This document shows, piece after piece, positions 17,973 to 27,029 of a stretch of 64,000 bases of DNA (the first letter of the stretch is position 1; each line of letters starts with the position of its first letter). Made by a program: the position numbers and the translations under genes. The stretch covers positions 2,204-66,203 of the forward strand of contig DAOMNN010000006.1 of assembly GCA_035443825.1 (NCBI GenBank). The letters are read 5' to 3'. The stretch comes from Rhodocyclaceae bacterium (GTDB lineage Bacteria; Pseudomonadota; Gammaproteobacteria; Burkholderiales; Rhodocyclaceae). Under the pieces are notes generated by a model. The model ran no database searches, was not told the origin of the DNA, and was given only the letters and a program-made list of their open reading frames with translations.

Positions 17973-19253
17973 CTATGGTCTGGATGGACGGAGCCGGACA
18001 CGAAATTCGCAACCGCCTTCCGGGCGTTCGTCCAGTGCAATCTGCCAGCCTTGACTGTCGCAGATCCGCTGCACGAGCGACAGACCAATCCCAAAGCCGT
18101 CGCCGCGGCTGGTGTCGCCTCGCGTGAAAGCGGCAAACATACGCTCCCGTTCGTGTTCCGGAATGCCGACACCCGAATCGATGACGCTGAAGCTCCCATC
18201 GCGCAACACGAGGTGGATGAAGCCGCTGTCGGTGTAGTGCAGCGCGTTGCGGAGCAGATTCGACATGACCGTCCGCAGCAGCGGCGCGGAATAATGGCGA
18301 GTGTCTTCGGATTCGATCGACAGCTGAAGGTCGAGTCCCCTCAGGGTGGCCTCGTCGCTCCAATTCCGGACCTGCTCCGCCGCGATCTCGCGCAATGTCG
18401 AGTCGGTCCCGTGCGCCCGGATCGAGGGCGCGCGGGCAAGACCGAGGAAGGTCTCGACCACCTCGTTCATCTCCGCGCAGGCACGCTGAATGCGGCGGAC
18501 GTGGATATGTTCTCGTTCGTTCCGAAGTTCCCGCGCGAGCAGCAGTTCGCAACTGCTGGCGATCACCATCAGCGGGGTTCTGAGCTCGTGACTCACGTCA
18601 CTGGTGAACATCTGTTCGCGCTCCAGCGCCTCGCGCAGCCGGAAGAGCGTATCGTCGAATGCGGCTGCGAGCCGGCCTACCTCGTCATCCGCATAATCCG
18701 GAGCCAGTGGCGGGGCCAGCGGCAGCAGCTGGTCGCGGTGCTGGACCTGGCGGGACAGACGCACGACCGGGGCGATCACCCGGCGCGACATGAGCAGCCC
18801 GAGCACCAGCGCGGCCGCAACGCTCGCCAGAAAGCCGGCCAGCGCGATCGCCTCGAGCATCTCCTCGCGCCGCTCGTACGTTTCCAGCGTCGCGACCAAC
18901 GCATGACGGACGTTGCCCTCCGTATGCAGGAAGACATGGACCTCTTCGGAACCGATTTTGGGGTCGTGAAAGCCGTCCGCGAACGCGTCGAGCCAGGCTG
19001 GCCAGTTGCGATAGCCGTCCGGCCCGTTCTCGTAATACCGGGTATCGGGGTCCAGGTGCGGAAGGTAGCCCTCTTCGCGTGCGGCCAGGATCACTGCGAG
19101 TTGGCGCTGCATCGATTCGCCGGCCAGATCCGACTCGAGCTGGTCGATGGCCATTGTGAATCCGATTGCGAAAAGTCCGGCGACGACCGTGGTCATCATC
19201 GTGAATGCAATGACGATACGCCTTCGAAGGCTATGACTGCGGCGATTCGACAT
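17973..19253 (-). CDS. sensor histidine kinase (two TM segments, HAMP, HisKA, HATPase)
   Basis: I chose the internal ATG 19253 (MSNRRSHSLRRRIVIAF...). H-box VSHELRTPLM; G-boxes DSGVGIPEHERERMF and GFGIGLSLV. Overlaps the end of the regulator gene by 23 nt. Confidence 0.9.
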   Translation of the reverse strand: MSNRRSHSLRRRIVIAFTMMTTVVAGLFAIGFTMAIDQLESDLAGESMQRQLAVILAAREEGYLPHLDPDTRYYENGPDGYRNWPAWLDAFADGFHDPKIGSEEVHVFLHTEGNVRHALVATLETYERREEMLEAIALAGFLASVAAALVLGLLMSRRVIAPVVRLSRQVQHRDQLLPLAPPLAPDYADDEVGRLAAAFDDTLFRLREALEREQMFTSDVSHELRTPLMVIASSCELLLARELRNEREHIHVRRIQRACAEMNEVVETFLGLARAPSIRAHGTDSTLREIAAEQVRNWSDEATLRGLDLQLSIESEDTRHYSAPLLRTVMSNLLRNALHYTDSGFIHLVLRDGSFSVIDSGVGIPEHERERMFAAFTRGDTSRGDGFGIGLSLVQRICDSQGWQIALDERPEGGCEFRVRLRPSRP

Positions 19254-19926
19254 CGTCGGAGGGGGCAAGGCGGTAGCCGATGCCGTGCACGGTCTGCAGG
19301 AGCTTGATCGGGAACGGTTTGTCGACGATCTGTCGAAGACTGTGCACATGGCTACGCAGACTGTCGGAATCGGGCGGATGGTCTCCCCACAGGGAGGATT
19401 CGAGTTCCTCGCGTCGCACCACCGCAGGACTTTTCTGCATGAGCACCGCGAGCAGCTTGAGGCCGATCGGCCCGATGCGGACGGGTTGGCCGCCACGCCG
19501 GACCTCGAGCGTGTCCAGATCGTAATGCAGGTCGGCGACGACCAGCTCCCTGCGCCCTGTGCCACGACTACGCCGCACAATCGCATCGATCCGTGCGGCC
19601 AGTTCGGACAGGGCGAAGGGTTTCGTCAGATAGTCGTCCGCTCCGGTGCGAAATCCCTGAAGGCGGTCGTCCAGCGCATCGCGCGCGGTCAACATGATGA
19701 CGGGTGTTGTGATCCGCTCGCTCTCGCGCAGACGCTTGCACAGAGAGTAGCCGTCCATTCCGGGCAGCATAACGTCGAGAACGATGAGGTCATACGGATG
19801 GGTGGCGGCGAGATGCAGGCCGGTCAGCCCGTCCTGGGCGCAGTCGACCTCATGTCCTTTGAGGGTGAGGTAGTCGGCAAGATTGGCGAGGATGTCGCGA
19901 TTGTCCTCGACGAGCAACAGGCGCAT
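19231..19926 (-). CDS. OmpR/PhoB-family response regulator
   Basis: MRLLLVEDNRD..., LIVLDVMLPGMDG, MLTAR, YLTKPF, then a winged-helix tail ...LLQTVHGIGYRL. Confidence 0.92.
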   Translation of the reverse strand: MRLLLVEDNRDILANLADYLTLKGHEVDCAQDGLTGLHLAATHPYDLIVLDVMLPGMDGYSLCKRLRESERITTPVIMLTARDALDDRLQGFRTGADDYLTKPFALSELAARIDAIVRRSRGTGRRELVVADLHYDLDTLEVRRGGQPVRIGPIGLKLLAVLMQKSPAVVRREELESSLWGDHPPDSDSLRSHVHSLRQIVDKPFPIKLLQTVHGIGYRLAPSDDVESPQS

Positions 19927-19980
19927 GTGCGGGTCAGTCCGTGGTTCCGGTGCAATGGGCAACGAAACGGATGCGTGGCG

Positions 19981-20460
19981 TCACGCGATCCAGTGTCCGG
20001 ACTTGCCACCCAGCTTCTCACGCAAGCCGATGTCGGTGATCGTCATGCCGCGGTCCACTGCCTTGCACATGTCGTAGATGGTGAGCAGGGCCACGTTCAC
20101 GCCGGTCAGCGCCTCCATCTCCACCCCGGTCCGGCCGACGGTTTCGGCAGTGACGGTGCATGTGACGCTGCTCGTTTCCGGCACCAGATCGAACTCGACC
20201 GCCACCCGGGTCAATGGAACGGGGTGGCATAGCGGAACCAGGTCGCTCGTGCGCTTGGCGCCCTGAATGCCGGCGATGCGGGCGATGCCCAGGACATCGC
20301 CCTTTCTTGCGTTGCCGGCACGAATCATCTCGAAGGTCTCCGGCTGCATGGTGATGCTGCCGCGCGCGATAGCGACGCGGCGCGTTTCGTCCTTGCCACC
20401 CACATCGACCATGTGGGCCTGACCTTGCGTGTCGAAATGGGTGAGGGATCGTGTTGTCAT
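19981..20460 (-). CDS. moaC: cyclic pyranopterin monophosphate synthase
   Basis: 159 aa. [18 protein letters not shown]..., ...LIPLCHP-like [11 protein letters not shown], ...GVEMEALT... match MoaC throughout. Confidence 0.93.
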   Translation of the reverse strand: MTTRSLTHFDTQGQAHMVDVGGKDETRRVAIARGSITMQPETFEMIRAGNARKGDVLGIARIAGIQGAKRTSDLVPLCHPVPLTRVAVEFDLVPETSSVTCTVTAETVGRTGVEMEALTGVNVALLTIYDMCKAVDRGMTITDIGLREKLGGKSGHWIA

Positions 20461-20540
20461 GCCATCAAAAGCGTTGGTCGGCTACATGCCGACACATACC
20501 GCGCGGAACGGAATCGATCGAACGGATATCATAGCACTCC

Positions 20541-21974
20541 ATGATCAAGCGCTTTCTCATCCTGTTGCTGTGTACGGCCCTGGTGCCGGCCACATCCGTT
20601 GCCGATCTTCCCGACCTGGGGGATGTCGCCGCGTCCGAGCTGTCGCCGCTGGCGGAGCGGCGCCTGGGCGAATCGATCATGCGCGAGATTCGCTGGCGTG
20701 ATCCCTCGTATCTCGACGACCCGGAGGTCGAGGATTACCTCAACCGCATCGGCAGGCGTCTTGTTGCGGGGAGCGACCAGCCGAACCGGCGCTTCGAGTT
20801 CTTCGTCATCGATGATCCGACGCTGAACGCTTTTGCGCTTCCGGGCGGGCATATCGGTGTGCACTCGGGACTGATCCTCGCCGCCGAATCGGAGTCGGAG
20901 CTGGCAGCAGTGCTGGGCCACGAGATTGCCCACGTGACCCAGCGGCACATTGCGCAACTGTTCGGCAAGCAGGGTCAGGCCAGCATGGTGATGCTCGCCT
21001 CCTTGCTGGTGGCCATTCTCGCTGCGAAGAGCAATTCCCAGGTGAGCGAAGCGGCACTGGCTGCCGGACAGGCCGGGGTGATCCAGTCACAACTCGGTTA
21101 CACGCGCGCATTCGAGCGCGAGGCGGACCGGATCGGCTTGCAGATAATGGAGCGGTCCGGCTTCGACGTTCGGGGCAAACCGAGTTTCTTCGAGCGCCTG
21201 CAGCGCTCGTCGCGGCTTTACGAAAACAATGCGCCGGGCTATCTGCGCTCCCATCCGCTGACCGAGGAACGCATCTCCGATATCAGCAACCGTGTCGCCC
21301 AGATGCGCTATCGGCAAGTGCCGGATTCGGCCGATTTCCGCTTCATCCAGGGCAAGCTGCGTGCGTCGGTCGGCTCGGCCGTCGACCGCGTACGGGACTA
21401 CGAGACATTGATCGCGGGGGGCGCGGCTGATCCTGCAACGCAATATGCGCTCGCGCGCGCCTTGCTGCGTGCGGGTCGGGTCGATGGCGCCTGGGAAGCG
21501 ACGGAAGCACTCAGGGCATCGGGGCAGCCCTCGCCGTTCATCGAGGCGCTGGCCGCCGAGACGCGGCTTGCGGCACGTGACCCGGATCGCGCCATCGCGA
21601 TCATGGAGAAGGCGGTGGCAACTTTCCCGGACCATGCGTCCCTGCAGTACATCCTCATAGAGGCGCTCATACGGGGCGGACGTGCGGCCGATGCGGCGGC
21701 CTTGTCACGAGCTGCCCTGCAACGCAACGGTGACGACGTGCGTTTGTGGGCGCTGTCGTCCAGGGCGGAAGAGACGCTCGGGCGGATGAGCGCCTATCAC
21801 CGTGCCCAGGCGGAGGTGTATGCGATCAGGGGGAGCCTGCCGGCTGCGATCGAGCAACTCGAACTTGCGCGCCGTGCCGGTGACGGCGATTTCTTCGAGC
21901 TTTCCGCCATCGATGCACGAATGCGCGAGCTTCAGGAAGAAGCCCGGCAGCGCCGGGCGGAGGAAGGTCGCTGA
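20541..21974 (+). CDS. periplasmic M48 zinc metalloprotease with TPR region (BepA/YfgC-like)
   Basis: Signal peptide, HEIAHVTQRH zinc motif, ...FEREADRIG..., and a TPR-like helical C-terminal half. Confidence 0.85.
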   Translation: MIKRFLILLLCTALVPATSVADLPDLGDVAASELSPLAERRLGESIMREIRWRDPSYLDDPEVEDYLNRIGRRLVAGSDQPNRRFEFFVIDDPTLNAFALPGGHIGVHSGLILAAESESELAAVLGHEIAHVTQRHIAQLFGKQGQASMVMLASLLVAILAAKSNSQVSEAALAAGQAGVIQSQLGYTRAFEREADRIGLQIMERSGFDVRGKPSFFERLQRSSRLYENNAPGYLRSHPLTEERISDISNRVAQMRYRQVPDSADFRFIQGKLRASVGSAVDRVRDYETLIAGGAADPATQYALARALLRAGRVDGAWEATEALRASGQPSPFIEALAAETRLAARDPDRAIAIMEKAVATFPDHASLQYILIEALIRGGRAADAAALSRAALQRNGDDVRLWALSSRAEETLGRMSAYHRAQAEVYAIRGSLPAAIEQLELARRAGDGDFFELSAIDARMRELQEEARQRRAEEGR

Positions 21975-22078
21975 TCGGCACCGTTGCCGCGGGAAGGAGT
22001 GTTCGGTCCTTGACGCCTCGCAAAAGCGGCGGGCGCCGGTGTAGACTGCGATGATTATTCGAGCGAGGGTGATGCAGC

Positions 22079-22309
22079 ATGAATTTTGACAAGGAAGTCG
22101 ATGCACGCGGGCTGAGCTGTCCGCTTCCGATCCTGCGCGCCAAGAAGGCACTGGCCGAGATGCAGGCTGGTCAGACCCTGCGCATCGTTGCGACCGACCC
22201 GGGGTCGGTGAAGGATTTTCAGGCGTTCGCAAAGCAGACCGGCAACGAACTGCTGAGTCAGGGAGAAACCGCCGACAAGGCGTTCGAGTTCTTCCTCAAA
22301 CGGAAATAG
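22079..22309 (+). CDS. TusA/SirA-family sulfurtransferase
   Basis: 76 aa. DARGLSCPLPILRAKKAL carries the conserved CPxP cysteine motif. Confidence 0.85.
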   Translation: MNFDKEVDARGLSCPLPILRAKKALAEMQAGQTLRIVATDPGSVKDFQAFAKQTGNELLSQGETADKAFEFFLKRK

Positions 22310-22346
22310 AAGGTCGGAAGCCGCCCGCAGGCGGCTCCCGACCTTC
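22309..22346. terminator. bidirectional hairpin between the convergent tusA-like gene and valS
   Basis: GAAGGTCGGAAGCCGCC-cgca-GGCGGCTCCCGACCTTC. 17-bp stem with one mismatch, filling the 42-nt gap between the two stop codons. Confidence 0.65.
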
Positions 22347-22351
22347 ATGTC

Positions 22352-25198
22352 TCAGAGTCGGGCCATCTTGTCCAACTGCGGTCGGAGCTTCTCGAGCGAA
22401 GCGCTGAACCCTGCCAGGCGCTCGCGTTCCTGCTTCACGACGTTTTCCGGCGCGCGTTCGACGAAGCTCGCATTGCCGAGCTTGTTGTTCGCCTTGGCGA
22501 TCTCGGCTTCGAGTCGCCCGATCTCGCGGGTCAGCCGTTCGCGTTCCGCGGTGATATCGATCTCGATACGCAGCATCAGTTTGCTCGATCCGGCAACGGC
22601 AACCGGTGCGAGTTCGTCGGCGCCGATCTCGTTGACGATCTCGACGCCCGAGAGCCTTGCAAGTCCGGCCAGGTAGGGCGTGTAGCGCGCAAGTGCGACC
22701 GGGTCGCCGGCAACGACCAAGGGGATGCGCTGCGCCGGGGAGATGTTCATCTCGCTGCGCAGGTTACGGCAAACCTGGATCAGCGACTTGAGCTCGGCCA
22801 TGTCGGATTCAGCAATACTATCAATTCTGTCCGGAGCGGATTCCGGATAGCGTGCGAGCATCACGCTGTCGGTGTCCTTGCGGCCGGCGAGTGGTGCGAC
22901 CGTCTGCCACAGCTCCTCGGTGATGAACGGGATCAGCGGATGCGCCAGGCGCAGCACGGTCTCCAGCACGCGCAACAGGGTACGGCGCGTGGCGCGTTGC
23001 TGCGCATCGTTGCCATTCTGGATCTGGACCTTGGCCAGCTCCAGATACCAGTCGCAGTACTCGTCCCATACGAACTCATAGATGGCCTTGGAAACGAGGT
23101 CGAAGCGATAGTCGCCGAAATGGGCGGAGACGTCCGCCTCGGTGCGCTGCAGTTGCGACACGATCCAGCGGTCCGCGAACGAGAAATCGAGATAGGCACT
23201 GTCGCAGTGGCTGCCGCCCGGGCTGCCGGCGATGCCGCAATCCTGGCCTTCGGTGTTCATCAGCACGAAGCGCGTGGCGTTCCAGAGCTTGTTGCAGAAG
23301 TTGCGGTATCCCTCGCAACGCGAGAGGTCGAACTTGATGTCGCGCCCGGGTGTGGCCAGCGATGCGAAGGTGAAGCGCAGCGCGTCGGTACCAAAGGCCG
23401 GAATGCCTTCAGGGAATTCCTTTCGCGTCTTCTTCTCGATACCTTGTGCGTCCTTCGGATTCATCAGTCCGAAGGTTCGCTTCTTGACCAGCTCGTCGAC
23501 CGAAATGCCGTCAATCAGGTCAATGGGATCGAGCACATTGCCCTTGGACTTCGACATCTTCTGGCCTTCCGCATCGCGGATCAGACCGTGCACATACACG
23601 TGCCGGAAGGGGATCCGGCCGGTGATGTGTCTGGTCATCATCACCATGCGTGCGACCCAGAAGAAGATGATGTCGAAACCCGTCACGAGCACTGAGGAGG
23701 GCAGGTAGAGATCGAGCGCATCGTTCGATTCCTGCGGCCATTCCGGGGTCCAGTCGAGCGTCGAAAACGGCCACAGCGCCGACGAGTACCAGGTGTCGAG
23801 CACGTCGTCGTCGCGACGCAGGCGACCGGTATAGCCATCCGCGGCGGCCAGTGCCCTGGCCTCGTCCTCGTCGTGAGCGACCCATACGCGCGGATCGCCT
23901 TCGGTGTCCGCATACCAGGCCGGAATCTGGTGGCCCCACCACAGCTGTCGCGAAATGCACCAGTCCTGGATGTTGTTCAGCCACTGATTGTAGGTATTGA
24001 CCCAGTTCTCGGGGTAGAAGCGAATCTCGCCCGACGCGACGCACTCGAGCGCCTTTTCGGTGATGCTCCTGCCGTCCGCGCCCGGCTTGCTCATGGCGAC
24101 GAACCACTGATCGGTCAGCATCGGTTCGATGACCGTGCCGGTCCTGTCGCCCCGCGGCACCATCAGCTTGTGCGGCTTGACGGCCACGAGCAGGCCGAGT
24201 GCTTCGAGGTCCTGCACGATGAGCTCGCGCGCGACGAAGCGGTCCATGCCGCGATACTTCTCCGGCGCGTCGTCGCTGATGTGCGCATCCAGACGCAGAA
24301 TGCTGATCATCGGCAATTCGTGGCGCAGTCCGACCCCGTAGTCGTTGAAGTCATGAGCCGGCGTGACCTTGACGCAGCCGGTGCCGAACTCACGGTCGAC
24401 ATATTCGTCCGCGATGATCGGGATGTCGCGGTCGCACAGCGGCAGACGGACCGACTTGCCGATCAGGTGTGCGTAGCGATCGTCCTCGGGATGGACCATC
24501 ACGGCCACGTCGCCAAGCATGGTTTCGGGGCGGGTCGTGGCGACCGTGAGACCCGCAAGTCCACCCACCGGGCCGTCGCTGAACGGATAGGTGAGGTGCC
24601 ACATAAAGCCGTCTTCCTCTTCCGAGACGACCTCCAGATCCGACACCGCGGTACCGAGCTTGGGATCCCAGTTGACCAGGCGTTTGCCGCGATAGATCAG
24701 CCCTTCGTTGTACAGGCGCACGAAGGTTTCGGTGACGGTCTTGGACAGGCCCTCGTCCATGGTGAAGCGTTCGCGCTTCCAGTCTGGGGAGGTGCCCATG
24801 CGTCGCATCTGACGCGTGATCGTGCCACCCGAGAACGCCTTCCACTCCCATACCTTGGCGAGGAACTTCTCGCGGCCGAGTTGATGGCGCGACACGCCCT
24901 GCGCATCGAGTTGGCGTTCGACGACGATCTGCGTTGCGATGCCGGCATGGTCGGTGCCTGGTTGCCACAGGGTGTTGAAACCGCGCATCCGATGGTAGCG
25001 CGTCAGTCCGTCCATGATGGTTTGGTTGAATCCGTGCCCCATGTGCAACGTACCGGTGACATTGGGGGGCGGCAGCAGAATGCAGAAAGCGTTCGGGTTG
25101 GACTTGTCGAGACCGGCACCGAAGTATCCGTGCGATTCCCATTGTGGGTACCAGCGCGCTTCGATCGCCGCAGGTTCAAAACTCTTGGCCAGTTCCAT
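22352..25198 (-). CDS. valS: valine--tRNA ligase
   Basis: I chose start [17 protein letters not shown]... (ATG 25198). HIGH-type motif [19 protein letters not shown] motif KMSKSKGN, C-terminal coiled coil. The 25387 start adds 63 non-conserved residues. Confidence 0.97.
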   Translation of the reverse strand: MELAKSFEPAAIEARWYPQWESHGYFGAGLDKSNPNAFCILLPPPNVTGTLHMGHGFNQTIMDGLTRYHRMRGFNTLWQPGTDHAGIATQIVVERQLDAQGVSRHQLGREKFLAKVWEWKAFSGGTITRQMRRMGTSPDWKRERFTMDEGLSKTVTETFVRLYNEGLIYRGKRLVNWDPKLGTAVSDLEVVSEEEDGFMWHLTYPFSDGPVGGLAGLTVATTRPETMLGDVAVMVHPEDDRYAHLIGKSVRLPLCDRDIPIIADEYVDREFGTGCVKVTPAHDFNDYGVGLRHELPMISILRLDAHISDDAPEKYRGMDRFVARELIVQDLEALGLLVAVKPHKLMVPRGDRTGTVIEPMLTDQWFVAMSKPGADGRSITEKALECVASGEIRFYPENWVNTYNQWLNNIQDWCISRQLWWGHQIPAWYADTEGDPRVWVAHDEDEARALAAADGYTGRLRRDDDVLDTWYSSALWPFSTLDWTPEWPQESNDALDLYLPSSVLVTGFDIIFFWVARMVMMTRHITGRIPFRHVYVHGLIRDAEGQKMSKSKGNVLDPIDLIDGISVDELVKKRTFGLMNPKDAQGIEKKTRKEFPEGIPAFGTDALRFTFASLATPGRDIKFDLSRCEGYRNFCNKLWNATRFVLMNTEGQDCGIAGSPGGSHCDSAYLDFSFADRWIVSQLQRTEADVSAHFGDYRFDLVSKAIYEFVWDEYCDWYLELAKVQIQNGNDAQQRATRRTLLRVLETVLRLAHPLIPFITEELWQTVAPLAGRKDTDSVMLARYPESAPDRIDSIAESDMAELKSLIQVCRNLRSEMNISPAQRIPLVVAGDPVALARYTPYLAGLARLSGVEIVNEIGADELAPVAVAGSSKLMLRIEIDITAERERLTREIGRLEAEIAKANNKLGNASFVERAPENVVKQERERLAGFSASLEKLRPQLDKMARL

Positions 25199-25300
25199 GG
25201 TCGTTCGGCTGTGTTCGGGCAAAAGGTGAAGTATAGCGGATGGCCCAGACGATTCCCGAGGTGATCCTCCCGCGATACGCGGATGGACGGTGTTGGCGGC

Positions 25301-25400
25301 CTGTCGGACTTGAGCTCGATCTGCTGCGCCAATCGGACGAGCGGTCCAGATTTGCCCTCGCTTTCCGGCTCGGCTCGCTACGATCACGCAAGCCCGACAG
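25301..25400 (-). repeat. short (~100 bp) copy of an imperfect-palindrome repeat family, inverted relative to the copy at 57956-58119
   Basis: Termini CTGTCGGACTTGAG (25301-25314) and GCAAGCCCGACAG (25388-25400). By hand alignment the reverse complement is about 80 percent identical to both arms of the 57956-58119 element. Confidence 0.8.
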
Positions 25401-25445
25401 ACTGCTAAGATTGCGCGCTACGAAATCGAGACAGGCGGGTTACGG

Positions 25446-26078
25446 ATGAACGATCGCGATTTCGGCTACTGGTGGAACGTGGCCGGAGAATGGGTCGAGC
25501 CCCCCAATGAGCGGCGCAACGGATGGAGTGGCATGTTGCGAGTCCGGGCCGGGGGTAGGCTCTATTACGTAAAGCGCCAGCGCAACCATTTGTGCCGGAC
25601 GGTGATGCATCCGTTGGGATGGCCGACTGCGAGCCGGGAGTGGCACTACCTCGATCAACTACGCCGGATCGGGGTCGGGGCTCCGCAACCGGTCTTTCAT
25701 GGTGTGCGCACTACTCCCCAAGGTCGGGAAGCCGTCCTGGTGACCGAGGAACTGACCGGATTCACTGCGCTGTCCGAGCAGGCTTCACTGGATCCGGACC
25801 AGCGCATGACATTGGCGCAGGCGCTCGGGCAAAGCCTGGGCATCCTGCATCGCGCGCGTCTTCAGCACAGCAGTCTGTACGACAAGCACATCATGGTCAG
25901 ATGGCAGGGCGATGGGCCGGAGATTGCGCTCATCGACCTGGAGAAGATGCGGCGGCGCCTGACTCGCCGGGCGGCCGCCCGGCATGACCTGGAGCAGCTT
26001 CACCGACGGCAGAGGATACTGGACGACGAGGCGTGGGGTGCGCTCGAAGCTGCGCACGCGCGGAGCATGCGCGGCTGA
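25446..26078 (+). CDS. inaA: lipopolysaccharide-kinase-family protein InaA-like
   Basis: N-terminus FGYWWNVAGEWVEPPNERRNGWSGM parallels E. coli InaA (WW..G.WVE.PN.RRNG.SG). ...LIDLEKMRRRL... also matches. Confidence 0.75.
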   Translation: MNDRDFGYWWNVAGEWVEPPNERRNGWSGMLRVRAGGRLYYVKRQRNHLCRTVMHPLGWPTASREWHYLDQLRRIGVGAPQPVFHGVRTTPQGREAVLVTEELTGFTALSEQASLDPDQRMTLAQALGQSLGILHRARLQHSSLYDKHIMVRWQGDGPEIALIDLEKMRRRLTRRAAARHDLEQLHRRQRILDDEAWGALEAAHARSMRG

Positions 26079-26135
26079 TCCGTGGCGGCCCCGAACCGAC
26101 GCCTGCACTGCAACCGGAGGCGTGAGGCGCGGGTG

Positions 26136-26591
26136 TCAGCGGGATCGTGAGCCGCGGTCGAGGCGGTTTGAGATTCGCTCCGACAGTGATGGAATGAGAG
26201 TTGCGCGCATGTGGGCGAGTGCTTCCCTGCGCAGATTCTCGGAGAATCGATCGAGTTCGCTGGCGACGAGTTGGGGCAATTCGTTCGCGAACCAGAACTC
26301 GATTTCGCGCGCAAGCTCCGTGTCGAGGTCGACCAGCAATTCGGCCAATGCAACGCCGTTGCCCTGACCGGCGACGGGCTCTGGTTCCGACCCCGGGTCG
26401 AATGCGAGATCCTCGACGACGTCGGTGAGGAGCGGCAGATCGTCAGAGGTGTCGGTCGGACCGGTCTGACCCGGCACCTGGTGTCGCCGCAGCAGCGCGT
26501 CGGCCTTGCTGAGAAGCAGATCGGCCTCTCTCAGTTCGGCTTCCGGGTCGTCACGTGACGCCCGCCAGTCCTTCTCCCGCCAATCTTTCAT
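26136..26591 (-). CDS. acidic hypothetical protein translationally coupled to holC
   Basis: 151 aa. ATG 26591 overlaps the holC stop (ATGA). Good codon bias, D/E-rich, with a probably disordered centre (DDLPLLTDVVEDLAFDPGSEPEP). No recognisable domain. Confidence 0.65.
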   Translation of the reverse strand: MKDWREKDWRASRDDPEAELREADLLLSKADALLRRHQVPGQTGPTDTSDDLPLLTDVVEDLAFDPGSEPEPVAGQGNGVALAELLVDLDTELAREIEFWFANELPQLVASELDRFSENLRREALAHMRATLIPSLSERISNRLDRGSRSR

Positions 26592-27028
26592 AAGGCCTCC
26601 CGATGCACGGCATCAAAGGCTTCGATGGCCAGTCCCGCCGACTTGTAATACGTCCAGCGAGATCTTGCCGGAGCACGGGCCGAGTCGACCTGCCCAACGA
26701 CCTCGATCAGCATGCGGAACTGGCCGAAATCCGCCGGCACGTCGTCGGCCAGATTGAACAGCAGGTCATTGTGGGTCCAATTGCCCGACTCGTGCGACAA
26801 GCCCAGCAAGACCGGGGTTTCGGACGCGAGTCGGGCACCGCTCATGACATGCGGCACGAACGCGAGTTGATCGAAGCTCCATAGCAACTGGTCGAGGCGG
26901 CGGGCCGTATCCGCATCGGGGACTCTGAGCGCGACCCGGCGCCCACTGGCATAGGCTCGTGCGGTCAACTCGCAGGCCAGTGCGAGCGGGTTCTCGGCAT
27001 TGTGGTAGAACCGGACCCGGGTCACCAC
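26588..27028 (-). CDS. holC: DNA polymerase III subunit chi
   Basis: GTG start just after the pepA stop. VTRVRFYHNAENPLALACELTARAY...LDQLLWSF....FVPH matches HolC. The conserved pepA-holC neighbourhood supports the call. Confidence 0.88.
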   Translation of the reverse strand: MVTRVRFYHNAENPLALACELTARAYASGRRVALRVPDADTARRLDQLLWSFDQLAFVPHVMSGARLASETPVLLGLSHESGNWTHNDLLFNLADDVPADFGQFRMLIEVVGQVDSARAPARSRWTYYKSAGLAIEAFDAVHREAL

Positions 27029-27029
27029 G

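Noticed and set aside
25199-25387. N-terminal extensions offered by the ORF track: valS from 25387, aorB from 6204, pepN from 48823, folK from 56832, rpsP from 33584, pcnB from 57935, the LTA-synthase-like gene from 17110, and the kinase from 19586.
   Set aside because: - The extensions overlap upstream genes or intergenic DNA.
- They are non-conserved, Arg-rich or A/T-rich at third positions.
- The internal starts give N-termini matching the known families, often with an RBS or an ATGA start/stop overlap.
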